Shown piece after piece: positions 18,541 through 29,560 of a DNA stretch of 64,000 nt. The number at the start of each line of letters is the position of its first letter. Within the stretch, counting starts at the first letter, position 1. Position numbers and translations under genes: made by a program. Source of the stretch: an uncultured Gemmatimonadales bacterium. GTDB taxonomy: Bacteria > Gemmatimonadota > Gemmatimonadetes > Gemmatimonadales > GWC2-71-9. The notes beneath the pieces were generated by a model. It was not told the DNA's origin and ran no database searches. It saw nothing but the letters and a program-made list of their open reading frames with translations. The stretch is taken from NCBI GenBank assembly GCA_963828735.1, contig CAWHFW010000005.1:2304001-2368000 (forward strand), read 5' to 3'.

Positions 18541-20622
18541 TCAGACGAGGCCGAGGGCGTTGAGCACGATGTCGATCAGCTTGATGCCCACGAAGGGCGC
18601 GAGCAGGCCACCCACGCCGTAGACCAGGAGATTACGCCGGAGAATCACAGCCGCCGGCGCGGGCCTGTAGGCCACGCCGCGCAGCGCCAGCGGGATGAGC
18701 GCGACGATGATGAGCGCGTTAAACATCACGCTGCTCAGGATGGCCGAATGAGGCGACGCGAGGTGCATGATGTTGAGCACGCGCAGATCCGGGTAGGCCG
18801 CGACGAACATCGCCGGGATGATGGCGAAGTATTTCGCGACGTCGTTGGCGATGGAAAAGGTGGTGAGTGAGCCGCGGGTCATCAACAGCTGTTTGCCGAC
18901 TTCGACGATCTCGAGCAGCTTGGTCGGATTGGAATCGAGATCCACCATGTTCCCGGCCTCGCGGGCGGCTCGGGCGCCCGTGTTCATCGCCACGCCGACG
19001 TCCGCCTGGGCCAGCGCGGGGGCGTCGTTGGTCCCGTCGCCTGTCATCGCGACCAGCCGCCCGGTGTCCTGTTCTGTCCGAATGAGGGCAAGCTTGCCCT
19101 CGGGTGTGGCCTCGGCAAGGAAGTCATCCAGGCCGGCCTCGGCGGCGATCGCGGCGGCAGTCAGCGCGTTGTCGCCGGTGATCATGACCGTGCGGATGCC
19201 GAGGCTCCGGAGTTGCTCGAACCGCTCCCGGATGCCGCCCTTCACCAGGTCCTTGAGGTGAATGGCGCCGTAGACTTTCGCGGTGCCGTCCCTACGCTCG
19301 GCCACGATCAAGGGCGTGCCGCCCTGGCGTGCGATGGCCTCCGCCGCGCTGGCCGTCTCGGCGGGCAGCGACCCGCCCGATGACGCGAGCCAGCGCGACA
19401 CGGCGTCGACGGCGCCCTTTCGAATCTGCACCCCGCCGACGTTGACGCCGCTCATCCTCGTCGCGGCCGTGAAGGGAACGAAGGTGATTGGGGCACCCGC
19501 GCCGGCACCCACGGACGAGGCGCGCAACCCGAACCGCTCCTTGGCCAGGACCACGATGCTCCGGCCCTCCGGGGTCTCGTCGGGGAGCGAGGCGAGCCGA
19601 GCGCGGTCGGCTAGCTCCTCGACCGCCACTCCGGCGGAGGGCAGGAATTCGACGGCCTGACGGTTTCCCAGCGTGATTGTTCCGGTCTTGTCGAGCAGCA
19701 GGGTGTTCACGTCGCCTGCCGCCTCGACGGCGCGACCGCTCATCGCGATGACGTTGCGCTGGATCAGCCGGTCCATCCCCGCGATGCCGATGGCCGAGAG
19801 CAGCCCGCCGATGGTGGTCGGGATCAGGCAGACGAGCAGCGCGATCAGGACCGGCACGCGGAGCTCGACGCTGCTATACGCGGCGAACGGTCGAAGCATG
19901 GTGACGGTCCACAGAAATACGATGGTGAGTCCCGAGAGCAGGGTCGTGAGGGCGACCTCGTTGGGGGTCCTGCGTCGGTTGGCGCCCTCGACCAGGGCGA
20001 TCATCCGGTCGACGAACGTCTCGCCCGGGTTGGCCGTCACCCGCACGACGAGCCAGTCGGAGACCAGGCGGGTGCCGCCGGTGACGGCCGAACGATCAGC
20101 GCCGGCCTCGCGGATCACCGGCGCGGACTCCCCCGTGATTGCGGCCTCGTCCACCGACGCGATGCCCTCGATCACCTCGCCGTCCGCCGGCATCAGGTCG
20201 CCCGACTTCACGATGACGTGGTCGCCTCGCCGCAGCTCGGTCGCGAACACCGACACGAAGTCCAGGTGGTCGGTGGGATCCCGCAGCCGCTTTGCGCGAG
20301 TCTCGAGCCGGGTGCCGCGCAGCGCGTCGGCCTGCGCCTTGCCTCGACCTTCGGCCATCGCCTCCGCGAAATTGGCGAACAAGACGGTGAACCAGAGCCA
20401 GACAGCGAGCTGCACGGTGAAGCCGACACCCGGGATGCCAAGGATCAGGTCCCGAACGCAGGCCAGCGTGGTGAGAACGCTGCCCGTGAGCACCACGAAC
20501 ATGACCGGATTCCGCAGCATGTGCCGCGGGTTCAGCTTGCAGAACGCCTCCCGAACCGCCCGACGAACGATCGGGGGATGGAAGAGGGGGTGCCTCGCGG
20601 GACCCAAGGAGCGCTCCGCCAC
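18541..20622 (-). CDS. kdpB: Second K+-transporting ATPase subunit B paralogue
   Basis: [23 protein letters not shown] and [11 protein letters not shown] all intact. Confidence 0.93.
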   Translation of the reverse strand: MAERSLGPARHPLFHPPIVRRAVREAFCKLNPRHMLRNPVMFVVLTGSVLTTLACVRDLILGIPGVGFTVQLAVWLWFTVLFANFAEAMAEGRGKAQADALRGTRLETRAKRLRDPTDHLDFVSVFATELRRGDHVIVKSGDLMPADGEVIEGIASVDEAAITGESAPVIREAGADRSAVTGGTRLVSDWLVVRVTANPGETFVDRMIALVEGANRRRTPNEVALTTLLSGLTIVFLWTVTMLRPFAAYSSVELRVPVLIALLVCLIPTTIGGLLSAIGIAGMDRLIQRNVIAMSGRAVEAAGDVNTLLLDKTGTITLGNRQAVEFLPSAGVAVEELADRARLASLPDETPEGRSIVVLAKERFGLRASSVGAGAGAPITFVPFTAATRMSGVNVGGVQIRKGAVDAVSRWLASSGGSLPAETASAAEAIARQGGTPLIVAERRDGTAKVYGAIHLKDLVKGGIRERFEQLRSLGIRTVMITGDNALTAAAIAAEAGLDDFLAEATPEGKLALIRTEQDTGRLVAMTGDGTNDAPALAQADVGVAMNTGARAAREAGNMVDLDSNPTKLLEIVEVGKQLLMTRGSLTTFSIANDVAKYFAIIPAMFVAAYPDLRVLNIMHLASPHSAILSSVMFNALIIVALIPLALRGVAYRPAPAAVILRRNLLVYGVGGLLAPFVGIKLIDIVLNALGLV

Positions 20623-20633
20623 GCCGGCCGCGG

Positions 20634-21221
20634 CTAGGGCCGCCGCGGGAAGGCGCTGTCGAGCGCGAGGTTGAGCTCGAGCACGTTGACCGCAGGGTCA
20701 CCCAACACCCCGAACTGGCGGCCTTCGGTGTGGCGCTCGACCAGTGCGCGAATGGCGGTGGAGTCGGCGCCGCGCTCACGGGCGACTCGGCCCACCTGCA
20801 GGAGGGCATTGGCGGGGGAGATGTGCGGATCCAACCCCGACGCGGACGCGGTCACCATGTCCGACGGGATGTGTCCCTTCCGGGCGCCGTCTTCCCCCAC
20901 CACCGTCTCCACTGCCTGCGCGATGAGCGTGTCGGCCAGCTTCCGGTCCGTCGGGCCCTTGTTCGTGCCTCCGGATGCCGTGGCGTCGAACCCCGCGCCG
21001 GCGGCCGACGGGCGCGGATGGAAGTAATACGGCGCCGTGAATGCCTGCCCGATCAGCCGGCTGCCGACGAGCTGCCCGTCGCGCACGATGAGGGAGCCGT
21101 TGGCCTGGCTCGGAAAGAGCAGCTGGGCAAAGACCGTCACCACGCCCGGGTACAGCAACCCCGTGATGGCGCAGAGCAGCAGCGTGAGCACGACGGCCGG
21201 GCGGAGATGTTCTCGGAACAT
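20634..21221 (-). CDS. kdpC: K+-transporting ATPase subunit C
   Basis: [37 protein letters not shown] motifs. Confidence 0.95.
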   Translation of the reverse strand: MFREHLRPAVVLTLLLCAITGLLYPGVVTVFAQLLFPSQANGSLIVRDGQLVGSRLIGQAFTAPYYFHPRPSAAGAGFDATASGGTNKGPTDRKLADTLIAQAVETVVGEDGARKGHIPSDMVTASASGLDPHISPANALLQVGRVARERGADSTAIRALVERHTEGRQFGVLGDPAVNVLELNLALDSAFPRRP

Positions 21222-21223
21222 GG

Positions 21224-23296
21224 TCACACCAGGTGCAGGGAGACGAGGAGGACATCGATGGCTTTGATCCCGATGAAGGGAACAATCACGCCACCGATCC
21301 CGTAGATCACGAAATTCCGCCGGAGGATGCTGGCCGCGCCCGACGGGCGATACCGTACTCCTCGGAGCGCCAGCGGGATCAGCGCGATGATGATGAGCGC
21401 GTTGAACACGACCGCGCTCAGGATCGCCGAGACGGGCGAGTGGAGCCGCATGATGTTGAGGGCGTTGAGTGCCGGATAGGTGGCGGCGAACATCGCCGGG
21501 ATGATGGCGAAGTACTTGGCGACGTCGTTGGCGATCGAGAACGTCGTGAGCGAGCCGCGAGTAATGAGCAGCTGCTTCCCAATCTCCACCAGCTCGATGA
21601 GCTTGGTCGGGTTTGAGTCGAGGTCGATGAGGTTGCCGGCCTCCTTCGCCGCCTGGGTTCCGGTGTTCATGGCCAGGCCGACGTCGGCCTGCGCGAGGGC
21701 CGGGGCGTCGTTGGTGCCGTCGCCGGTCATCGCGACCAGCCGGCCTCCGGCCTGCTCCTGCCGGATCAGCGCCAACTTGTCCTCGGGCCTGGCCTCCGCC
21801 AGGAAGTCGTCCACACCCGCTTCGGCCGCGATCGCCGCGGCGGTGAGCGGGTTGTCGCCGGTGATCATCACGGTGCGGATGCCCATCGCGCGCAGCCGGT
21901 CGAACCGTTCCCTCATCCCGCCTTTGACGATGTCCTTGAGGTGCACGACGCCAAGCACCCGCGTGGCCCCTCCCGCCGTCTCCGCGACGACGAGCGGCGT
22001 GCCGCCGGCCCGGGCGATCTGCTCCACCGCCGGGGTGAGGCGCGCTGGCACGTCCGCCCCCATCTGGCCCACCCAGCCGGCGATCGCGTCGGCCGCGCCC
22101 TTGCGCACCTGAAGGCCGTCCGTGTTCACCCCGCTCATGCGGGTGGCCGCCGAGAAAGGAATGAAGGTGGGCGACGCGTGCGACCCGCCGTCCTCGCTCA
22201 GGGGCCGGCCGCGAAGCCCGTACTTGTCCTTGGCGAGAACAACGATGCTGCGTCCTTCGGGGGTCTCGTCCGGCAGCGAAGCCAGCTGGGCCCGGTCGGC
22301 CAACTCCTCCGCGGAGATTCCGGGCAGCGGCACGAACTCGACTGCCTGGCGGTTGCCCAGGGTGATGGTGCCGGTCTTGTCGAGCAGCAAGGTGTTGACG
22401 TCGCCCGCCGCCTCGACGGCGCGTCCGCTCATCGCGACGATGTTGTGCTGGATGACGCGGTCCATGCCCGCGATGCCGATGGCCGAGAGGAGCCCGCCGA
22501 TGGTGGTCGGGATGAGGCACACCAGCAGCGCGATGAGAATGGACACGGCGACGCCGCCGCCACTGTAGATCGCGAGCGGCTGCAGGGTGGCAATGGCCAG
22601 CAGGAAGACGATCGTGAGTCCGGAGAGGAGGATCGTCAGCGCGATCTCGTTCGGCGTCTTCTGGCGCGAGGCACCTTCGACCAGAGCGATCATGCGGTCG
22701 AGGAACGTCCGGCCGGGCTCCGCGGTGATCTTCACGATGAGCTGGTCGGACAGCACCTTGGTGCCGCCGGTGACGGCCGACCGGTCGCCGCCGGACTCGC
22801 GGATCACCGGGGCTGACTCGCCGGTGACGGCCGACTCGTCCACCGAGGCGACCCCGTCGATGACCTCGCCGTCACCGGGGATGACGTCGCCGGGCCGGCA
22901 CAACACCAGGTCTCCCATCCGCAGGTCGCTCGAGGACACGCTCTCGACCCGCGACGTGTCCCGTGGGTCCCTGAGCCGCTTGGCCACCGTAAGCCGCCGC
23001 GTCTTGCGCAGCTCGTCGGCCTGCGCCTTCCCGCGCCCCTCCGCCATCGCCTCGGCGAAGTTGGCGAACAGGACCGTGAACCAGAGCCAGAGCGCGAGCT
23101 GGAAGAGGAAGCCGAGCTCCGAGCCGCCCCTGGCAACCTCGCGGATCAGCGCGAAGGTCGTGAACACGCTGCCGACGAGCACGACGAACATGACCGGGTT
23201 CCGGACCATGTGCGCCGGCGCGAGCTTCACAAAGGCGTCCTTCGCCGCCCGCCGGACGATGGGTGGATCGAAGAGCGGTCGCTTGGTGACGGCCAT
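21224..23296 (-). CDS. kdpB: K+-transporting ATPase subunit B
   Basis: Canonical position after kdp[23 protein letters not shown] motifs. Confidence 0.96.
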   Translation of the reverse strand: MAVTKRPLFDPPIVRRAAKDAFVKLAPAHMVRNPVMFVVLVGSVFTTFALIREVARGGSELGFLFQLALWLWFTVLFANFAEAMAEGRGKAQADELRKTRRLTVAKRLRDPRDTSRVESVSSSDLRMGDLVLCRPGDVIPGDGEVIDGVASVDESAVTGESAPVIRESGGDRSAVTGGTKVLSDQLIVKITAEPGRTFLDRMIALVEGASRQKTPNEIALTILLSGLTIVFLLAIATLQPLAIYSGGGVAVSILIALLVCLIPTTIGGLLSAIGIAGMDRVIQHNIVAMSGRAVEAAGDVNTLLLDKTGTITLGNRQAVEFVPLPGISAEELADRAQLASLPDETPEGRSIVVLAKDKYGLRGRPLSEDGGSHASPTFIPFSAATRMSGVNTDGLQVRKGAADAIAGWVGQMGADVPARLTPAVEQIARAGGTPLVVAETAGGATRVLGVVHLKDIVKGGMRERFDRLRAMGIRTVMITGDNPLTAAAIAAEAGVDDFLAEARPEDKLALIRQEQAGGRLVAMTGDGTNDAPALAQADVGLAMNTGTQAAKEAGNLIDLDSNPTKLIELVEIGKQLLITRGSLTTFSIANDVAKYFAIIPAMFAATYPALNALNIMRLHSPVSAILSAVVFNALIIIALIPLALRGVRYRPSGAASILRRNFVIYGIGGVIVPFIGIKAIDVLLVSLHLV

Positions 23297-23297
23297 G

Positions 23298-25013
23298 CTA
23301 GAAGAGCCTCCCGCTCTGCATCAGCAGGTGCTCGACGATGGGGCCCAGCGACCAGGCCGGGAAGAACGTGAGAGCGCCCACGATCACGATGACGCTGATG
23401 AGGAGGACCACGAAGAGCGGCGTCGTGACCGGAAATGTGCCGGCCGACTCGGGAGCGATGCGCTTCTCGGCGAGGAACCCCGCCGCGGCCAGCATCGGCA
23501 CCTGCATCGCGAAGCGCCCGATCAGCGTCGCGAACCCGAACATGGTGTTGTAGTAGTAGGTGCTTCCGGTGAGGCCGGCGAAGGCGCTGCCGTTGTTGGC
23601 CGGCGTCGAAGTGAACGCGTAGAGGATCTCGGTGAGCCCATGCGGCCCGGCATTGTTGAGGCCTTTGAGGCCCGCGGGGAGGACGACCGAGAGGCCGGTG
23701 GCCACCAGAATCACCAGGGGGAAGACCAGCACGTAGAGCATCACCATTCGCACTTCCCGGCTCTCGACCTTCTTGCCGAGATACTCCGGCGTTCGCCCGA
23801 CCATGAGGCCGGCGATGAACACCGTGAGCAGGACCATCATGAGCATGCCGTAGAGGCCGGCGCCCACGCCCCCGAAGATCAGCTCGCCCATCTGCATGTT
23901 GACCAGCGGCACCATGCCGCCGATGGGGGTAAAGGAGTCATGCATGCTGTTGACGCAGCCGCACGACGCGTCGGTGGTGATGGTGGCGTAGAGGGCCGAG
24001 TTCACGATGCCGAACCGGACCTCCTTGCCCTCCATGTTGCCGCCGGGCTGGGTGGCTGAGGCCTCGACGTCGATGCCCCGGGCCGCGTGAATCGGGTTGC
24101 CCCGCGCCTCCGCCCAGTAGGCGGTGGCCGCGCCGACGAAGAACATGACGTACATCGCCGCCCACAGCGCCCAGCCGTGCGCCTGCTTCTTCACCATGTG
24201 GCCGAAGGTCCAGGTGAGCCCGGCCGAGACGAGGAAGATCTCCAGCAGCTGCAGGAAGTTCGTGAGCGGGGTCGGATTCTCGAATCCATGCGCCGAGTTG
24301 GCATTGAAGAAACCGCCGCCGTTGGTGCCGACCTCCTTGATGGATTCCTGGCTCGCGACCGGGCCCATCGCGATGGTCTGCTTGGCGCCCTCCAGCGTGT
24401 GGACGTCTACATACGGCAGGAAGTTCTGGATGGCGCCCTGCTGCACGTGGACCAGGGCGATGACGAACGAGAGCGGGAGGAAGATGTACAAGGTCCCCCG
24501 CACCAGATCGGCCCAGAAGTTCCCCAGGTGGCCCGCGGAGCGCCGCGCAATGCCCCGGGCCAGGGCCACGGCCACCGCCACGCCGGCCGCGGCCGAGATG
24601 AAGTTGTGGAACGCGAGCTGGCTCATCTGGGAGAAGTACGACATCGTCGACTCGCCCGAATACGACTGCCAGTCCGTGTTGGTGGTGAACGACGCCGCCG
24701 TCTCGAAGGCCTGGCGGTCCACCACCGCCGGGAAGTGCTGGGGGTTGAACGGCAGGACGTGCTGGAGGCGCAGTACGACGTAGGTGAGCAGCATGGACGC
24801 CGCGCTGAAGATCAGCATCGCGGCCGTGTACTTGGTCCAGTGCTGGTCCTCCTCCGGGTCGATGCCGCCTGCACGGTAGAGGAAGCGCTCGATCGGCCGG
24901 AGCCAGCCCATCGATCCGTCGTACACCTTGACCATGTACACACCCATGGGTTTGGTCAGCGCCAGGAGGACGACCGAGTACAAGGCGATCTGCAGCCAGC
25001 CGTTGGCGGTCAT
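23298..25013 (-). CDS. kdpA: K+-transporting ATPase subunit A
   Basis: [38 protein letters not shown] motifs. Confidence 0.96.
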   Translation of the reverse strand: MTANGWLQIALYSVVLLALTKPMGVYMVKVYDGSMGWLRPIERFLYRAGGIDPEEDQHWTKYTAAMLIFSAASMLLTYVVLRLQHVLPFNPQHFPAVVDRQAFETAASFTTNTDWQSYSGESTMSYFSQMSQLAFHNFISAAAGVAVAVALARGIARRSAGHLGNFWADLVRGTLYIFLPLSFVIALVHVQQGAIQNFLPYVDVHTLEGAKQTIAMGPVASQESIKEVGTNGGGFFNANSAHGFENPTPLTNFLQLLEIFLVSAGLTWTFGHMVKKQAHGWALWAAMYVMFFVGAATAYWAEARGNPIHAARGIDVEASATQPGGNMEGKEVRFGIVNSALYATITTDASCGCVNSMHDSFTPIGGMVPLVNMQMGELIFGGVGAGLYGMLMMVLLTVFIAGLMVGRTPEYLGKKVESREVRMVMLYVLVFPLVILVATGLSVVLPAGLKGLNNAGPHGLTEILYAFTSTPANNGSAFAGLTGSTYYYNTMFGFATLIGRFAMQVPMLAAAGFLAEKRIAPESAGTFPVTTPLFVVLLISVIVIVGALTFFPAWSLGPIVEHLLMQSGRLF

Positions 25014-25014
25014 C

Positions 25015-25104
25015 TCAGAACCTCTCCGGATGGAGCATCGTGTAGCACAGGTACACCAGCAGCCCCACCGAGATGAGGCCGCCGATCCAGTTCTCCGCGC
25101 TCAT
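25015..25104 (-). CDS. kdpF: KdpF small subunit (29 aa), absent from the ORF track
   Basis: MSAENWIGGLISVGLLVYLCYTMLHPERF*, with the typical PERF ending. Confidence 0.9.
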   Translation of the reverse strand: MSAENWIGGLISVGLLVYLCYTMLHPERF

Positions 25105-25220
25105 GGGGCCCGTTCCTCCCCATGCTCGGTATCGTGGCCCAAGCCCTCGCACGCCCGGATGTAGGCGAGCATGAGGGCGAAGAAGCCGACGCTGCCAATG
25201 ACATAGAGCACATCCATCAT
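25101..25220 (-). CDS. Small single-TM protein leading the kdp operon (39 aa)
   Basis: GGAGG RBS; MMDVLYVIGSVGFFALMLAYIRACEGLGHDTEHGEERAP*; ATGA overlap with kdpF. Confidence 0.75.
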   Translation of the reverse strand: MMDVLYVIGSVGFFALMLAYIRACEGLGHDTEHGEERAP

Positions 25221-25277
25221 CGCTCGTTCCTCCACCGTGGTCGGTGTCGTCCGAAAATGTGCCCGGAAGGTATCGGC

Positions 25278-25335
25278 CGCGGCGTCAGGACGGAGTCTTG
25301 ATCGGCGGGCGCGGCGTCAGGAAATCGTAAAGACG
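25278..25335 (-). promoter_or_regulatory. Putative KdpE binding sites
   Basis: Minus strand CTTTACGatttCCTGACG 11-bp-phased repeat; TCCTGACGCCGCG occurs twice, 32 bp apart. Confidence 0.5.
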
Positions 25336-25419
25336 GGCCGCTGTCCCGGCGCACCCTACCGTTCGGATCGTGGACGGTCCCATCGCGATAGATTGAAGGT
25401 CCCTTCAGCGGCGAGAGTT

Positions 25420-26398
25420 ATGCGGGCGGTCATCTACAATGGCGCCGGCGGTCCCGAGGTGATCAGCATCGGCGACGTTCCGAAGCCCGAGGTGCGCCCC
25501 GGACACATCCGCGTCCGGGTCCACGCCGCGGGGCTCAACCGCGCCGATCTCATTCAGCGGCGAGGCCAGTATTCGCCGCCGCCGGGCGTCGCCGACCGAC
25601 ATTCCGGGGATGGAGTACGCGGGTGAGGTCGAAGCGGTGCGGGACGCGACCCGCTGGAAGGTTGGGGAACGCGTTATGGGCCTCGTGGGTGGCGGCGCGC
25701 AGGCCGAATTCGTCACGGTGCACCAGGACGAGGCGCTGGCGATCCCGAGCGGCCTCTCCTACGTCGAGGCGGCCGCCATTCCGGAGGTGTTCCTCACCGC
25801 CTACGACGCGCTGGTCACGCGCGGGCGGGTGGCGCCGGGCGACCGGGTCCTGATCCACGCCGTGGGCAGCGGCGTGGGGACGGCCGCCGCGCAGATCGCC
25901 AAGCACCTCGGCGCCACGGTGCTGGGCACGTCGCGCAGCGCGGAGAAGCTGGCGCGTGCGACGGTGTACGGGCTCGACCACGGCATCGACACCTCACGCG
26001 CGTCGTTTCGCGAGGTGGTGGGCGACCCGGTGGACGTGGTGCTCGACGTGCTTGGCGGCCCGGCGTTCGCCGACAACCTGGCGGTGCTGGCGCCGCGCGG
26101 CCGACTGGTCTTGCTCGGCTTCCTCGCGGGCAGCCGCTTCACCGGCGACCTAGGCCCGATCCTCCGGAAGCGCCTCGAGGTGATCGGCACGATGATGCGG
26201 ACACGGGGACACGAGGAGCGGGTGCCGCTGGTGCGGGAGTTCACGGAGCGCATGCTACCGCTGTTCGATCGTCGCGTCGACCACGCGGCGCCGCTGCGGC
26301 CGGTGGTCGAGCGCACGTATCCGATGCCCGAGCTCCCCGAGGCGCACCGAGCGCTCGAGAGCAACGAGACGTTCGGCAAGGTGGTCATGAGCTGGTGA
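25420..26398 (+). CDS. NAD(P)H-quinone oxidoreductase (PIG3 type), frameshifted near 25590
   Basis: MRAVIY...GLNRADLIQRRGQY continues as DIPGMEYAGEV in another frame; HAVGSGVGTAA motif. Confidence 0.88.
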
Positions 26399-26606
26399 CC
26401 GGGCCTGCCCGGACGCGTGCGGTCCCGGCGCCAATTCTGCCCGATCGGTTCGATTCGTCCGGACAGTTTGGCCCACCTTCCTCAGTCGCACGCTCCCGAG
26501 ACGCTCATCCGTTGCGCGGTCCGATGGTCCGGGACCTGCACGCGTCTCCAGTTGCCGGCGGGTCATGGGTCAGCGCCGGCGCACCTGCTCGAGGAGGCAC
26601 GCCAGG

Positions 26607-27068
26607 ATGGACCGCATTCGTTCGGCATCGTTTGCCGCCCTGTTCACTATCTCCCTGACGTCGCTCGCGAGCGCGCAACGACAGGAGATCGCCGTCGTCT
26701 CTCCTGACAGCGCATTGGACTCGAACATCGTGGCTCGAGATTCGACCCGTGCCGTGCTGGCTGAGGTCGCGGGTCATGTCCAGCTGGACCAGGCGCGGGT
26801 CGACTCACTTCAAGTTGCGCTCGCGACGGCCCGCGCGGCGCCGCCGCCGGACACGGCCACGGTGCGGCGCGCCACGGCCGCACTCAAGGAGGCGAAAGAC
26901 ACGCTGAAGCGCGACTTGAGCCGCTCGAGGCGGGAGCGCGCGCGGCTGGCGGCTATCGAGAAGAGGCTCGGCAAGGAATCGGACCCGGAGAGGGACCGCT
27001 CGACGATCTCCGCGCTTCCATCCACGGCGCCGTCCCGGGAAACGGGCAGAGTGGCTTCGACGCCGTGA
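26607..27068 (+). CDS. Hypothetical secreted coiled-coil protein
   Basis: GAGGAGG upstream; signal peptide ending ASA-Q. Confidence 0.6.
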   Translation: MDRIRSASFAALFTISLTSLASAQRQEIAVVSPDSALDSNIVARDSTRAVLAEVAGHVQLDQARVDSLQVALATARAAPPPDTATVRRATAALKEAKDTLKRDLSRSRRERARLAAIEKRLGKESDPERDRSTISALPSTAPSRETGRVASTP

Positions 27069-27081
27069 GCCTGGCGCCTGA

Positions 27082-28353
27082 TCAGGTCGTCGCTCTCCGC
27101 GACCCGCCGGCGAGCACGAGGCCGGTGCCGCGCACCACGCCGCGCGCGCCCCAGCGACCTCGAATACGATCGATCGCATCCTGCAAGGCAGGGCCCTGGC
27201 TCTCGGGATGCCGGGGCCCCGGGTCGTCTCGATCGATGCGGAGGAGGCTCTCTTCGGAGAGGCCCCTTTCGCCGTGCTCGTGACCCGAGACCGCACCCAC
27301 CTCCTCCCACAGATCGAGCTGCGCTTCGGCCGCCTCCAACCGGTCCAGCGTCAGCGCCACGGTCCGCACGGCGAGCCGCCGTGCGTTGGCGCTGGTAAAA
27401 GCGCGGCGCGCCGCGTCCCAGAGCTCGGCGTCGAGCGCCGCCGCGTGGAGCGGCACGGCGCGCGCGGCGGCGGTGAGGTCGGCGTACGTGAGCGCGACGC
27501 GGAGCCGCCGCGCCACCAGGCCGCGTCGGCGGAGCCGCCGGCCGAGCCGCTCGCCGAGGAGGCGGAGCAGGGGGTGCAGCACACCGAGGTCGTTGGTGTC
27601 GGTGGCGAGCGCGTGCGCCACGTAAAACTCGGCCTGCTGCTCGGGCGGGAGCACCGGCCGCGGATCGATGCCGCGCGCCTGCGCGCGCAGCGTGCGGCCG
27701 GCGCCGCCGAAGACGGCGCAGAGCGCGCTCTCGGGGATGACCGCGACCTCGCCGATGAGGTCGAGCTGATAGTCGTCGAGCCGGCGGCGCAGGCGGGGAT
27801 GCAGGTCGGGGAGCACGTCGAGCGGATGGGGTGCGAGGAAGCCCGCTTCCCCGCCGCCCGGCACCTCGAGCAGCGGCTCGGGCTTGATGACGGTGGAGGC
27901 CGCCTGGCTCACCAGCTTGTTGGCGGCGACGCCGACCGACACGGCGAGCCCGAGCCGCTCGCGCACCTCGCGCTGCACCCGCGCAGCGACGTCCACCGCC
28001 GGGCCGAAGAGCCGGCCCGTGCCGGTGAGGTCGAGAAAGGCATGGCCGTACCCCCGCGGCTCGATGACCGGCGCGTAGATCCGGAGTACCTCGTGCAGCG
28101 CGCGCGAGGCGCGGGCATAGAGCCGCGGGTTGGGCGGGAGCAGCACGAGATCCGGGCAGCGCTTGAGCGCCTGCCGCACCGGCATGCCCCGCTCGATCCC
28201 GGCGAGCCGAGCCTCCGCGGAGAGCGCGAGCACGGTGGCACGGTCGGCGCCCGGCGGCGCCACGGCCACCGGCCGGCTCCGAAGCGCGGGCGCGACGAGC
28301 CCCTCCACGGTGGTGCAGAAGGCGGGGGGATCGATGAAGAGGACGGAGCGCAC
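27082..28353 (-). CDS. imuB: Y-family polymerase homologue lacking catalytic residues (ImuB-like)
   Basis: FIDPPAF replaces HxDMDAF; GYGHAFLD replaces SIDEAYLD; QLDLW clamp motif; DRIRGRWG tail. Confidence 0.8.
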   Translation of the reverse strand: MRSVLFIDPPAFCTTVEGLVAPALRSRPVAVAPPGADRATVLALSAEARLAGIERGMPVRQALKRCPDLVLLPPNPRLYARASRALHEVLRIYAPVIEPRGYGHAFLDLTGTGRLFGPAVDVAARVQREVRERLGLAVSVGVAANKLVSQAASTVIKPEPLLEVPGGGEAGFLAPHPLDVLPDLHPRLRRRLDDYQLDLIGEVAVIPESALCAVFGGAGRTLRAQARGIDPRPVLPPEQQAEFYVAHALATDTNDLGVLHPLLRLLGERLGRRLRRRGLVARRLRVALTYADLTAAARAVPLHAAALDAELWDAARRAFTSANARRLAVRTVALTLDRLEAAEAQLDLWEEVGAVSGHEHGERGLSEESLLRIDRDDPGPRHPESQGPALQDAIDRIRGRWGARGVVRGTGLVLAGGSRRATT

Positions 28354-28363
28354 TATGAGCGCA

Positions 28364-29389
28364 CTATAGAAGGAGGAGGGGATCCTCCGTGACGTGGCGC
28401 TCACGCCCCTCGAGCTGCCGCCGCCGCCGGCGCCCCTCGTCCAGCGGAAAGCCGTGGTGCCGCTGGAGATCATGCAGCCGTTCCGCCAGCGCCTGCTGGT
28501 AGGCAGGACTCACGCCCTCGCGCCGCGCGTAATGCCGCTCGTACCGCGCGGCGAGCTCGGGAAACTCGTGAGCGAGCACGGGAAGGAAGCGCTGCCGCGC
28601 CGCGGGGCCGAGCCGGAGCGCCGACCCGACCACGTAGCGGGCACCCGCCTCCTTCGCCGCGCCCATGAGCCGTCCGAGCCCAGCACGGTCGTCGGTGATG
28701 CCGGGCAGAATGGGCGCCACCAGGAGACCGGCGTGGACGCCGGCCGACGTGAGCCGGGCGAGCGCGCGGATGCGCGCCTCCGGCACCGGCGACTTGAGCT
28801 CGAGCCGCCGCGCGAGGCGGCGATCGAGCGTGGCGAGCGACACGTTGACGGTGACCTCGTGCCGTTCGGCGAGTTGGCGCAGCACGTCGATGTCGCGCAC
28901 GACCAGCGGCGACTTGGTGATGATCTCGATGGAGAGCCCGCGATATCGATGCAGCGCCTGCAGGATCCCGCGCGTGAGGCGGAAGCGCCGCTCCGCGGGC
29001 TGGTAGGGATCGGTGGCGGTCCCGATGACGAGGGAATGGTTGCCGAAGCGCGTGGGATCGAGCGTGCGCACGAGCACGTCGGTGACGCCGGTCTTCACCA
29101 GGATCCGCCGCTCGAACGCCTCCCACGCGGGCAGCGGCTCGGCGGGGAGACCGCTGCGCTCGACGGCGTAACGGTGCGTATCCCGCGCGTAGCAATAGGT
29201 GCAGCCGAACTCGCAGCCGACGTAGGGATTGATCGACCAGAACCCCATGCGGGTGGCGGCCGGCGTGTTGAGCACCGAACGTACCGGAAGCTCGAGGAAC
29301 CTGGTGCCCCGCGCACGTTCGTCCAGCACCTCCAGCCGTGGCTCCGCCGGCTCGGGCGGCGGCAGGAGGTCGAGCTGACGGCCGGTCAC
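28364..29389 (-). CDS. Radical SAM protein, SplB-like/Rv2578c family
   Basis: SINPYVGCEFGCTYCYAR (CxxxCxxC), GTATDPYQPAE, IITKS, APILPGITD motifs. Confidence 0.9.
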   Translation of the reverse strand: MTGRQLDLLPPPEPAEPRLEVLDERARGTRFLELPVRSVLNTPAATRMGFWSINPYVGCEFGCTYCYARDTHRYAVERSGLPAEPLPAWEAFERRILVKTGVTDVLVRTLDPTRFGNHSLVIGTATDPYQPAERRFRLTRGILQALHRYRGLSIEIITKSPLVVRDIDVLRQLAERHEVTVNVSLATLDRRLARRLELKSPVPEARIRALARLTSAGVHAGLLVAPILPGITDDRAGLGRLMGAAKEAGARYVVGSALRLGPAARQRFLPVLAHEFPELAARYERHYARREGVSPAYQQALAERLHDLQRHHGFPLDEGRRRRRQLEGRERHVTEDPLLLL

Positions 29390-29541
29390 TCGCAGCGTGC
29401 CCAGCCGCAGTGACGGCAGCTGACGCAGCCGGACGCGCGCACGAGCGGGCCCGCGCACTCAGGGCACACACGCACGGCGGCAGGCGGGAGGGTATCGGGT
29501 CCGGTAGCAGCAGGGCGGGGGCGGGGTTGGAGTGTTGGCAT
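29386..29541 (-). CDS. 51-aa zinc-ribbon microprotein
   Basis: GAGGGA RBS then ATG; CPECAGPLVRASGCVSCRHCGWARCE*; GTGA overlap with the radical SAM start. Confidence 0.75.
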   Translation of the reverse strand: MPTLQPRPRPAATGPDTLPPAAVRVCPECAGPLVRASGCVSCRHCGWARCE

Positions 29542-29560
29542 TGAGTGTCCCTCGACGGGC

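Noticed and set aside
25583..25602. Frameshift in the quinone oxidoreductase
   Set aside because: A single extra base with both halves undegraded; probable sequence error.
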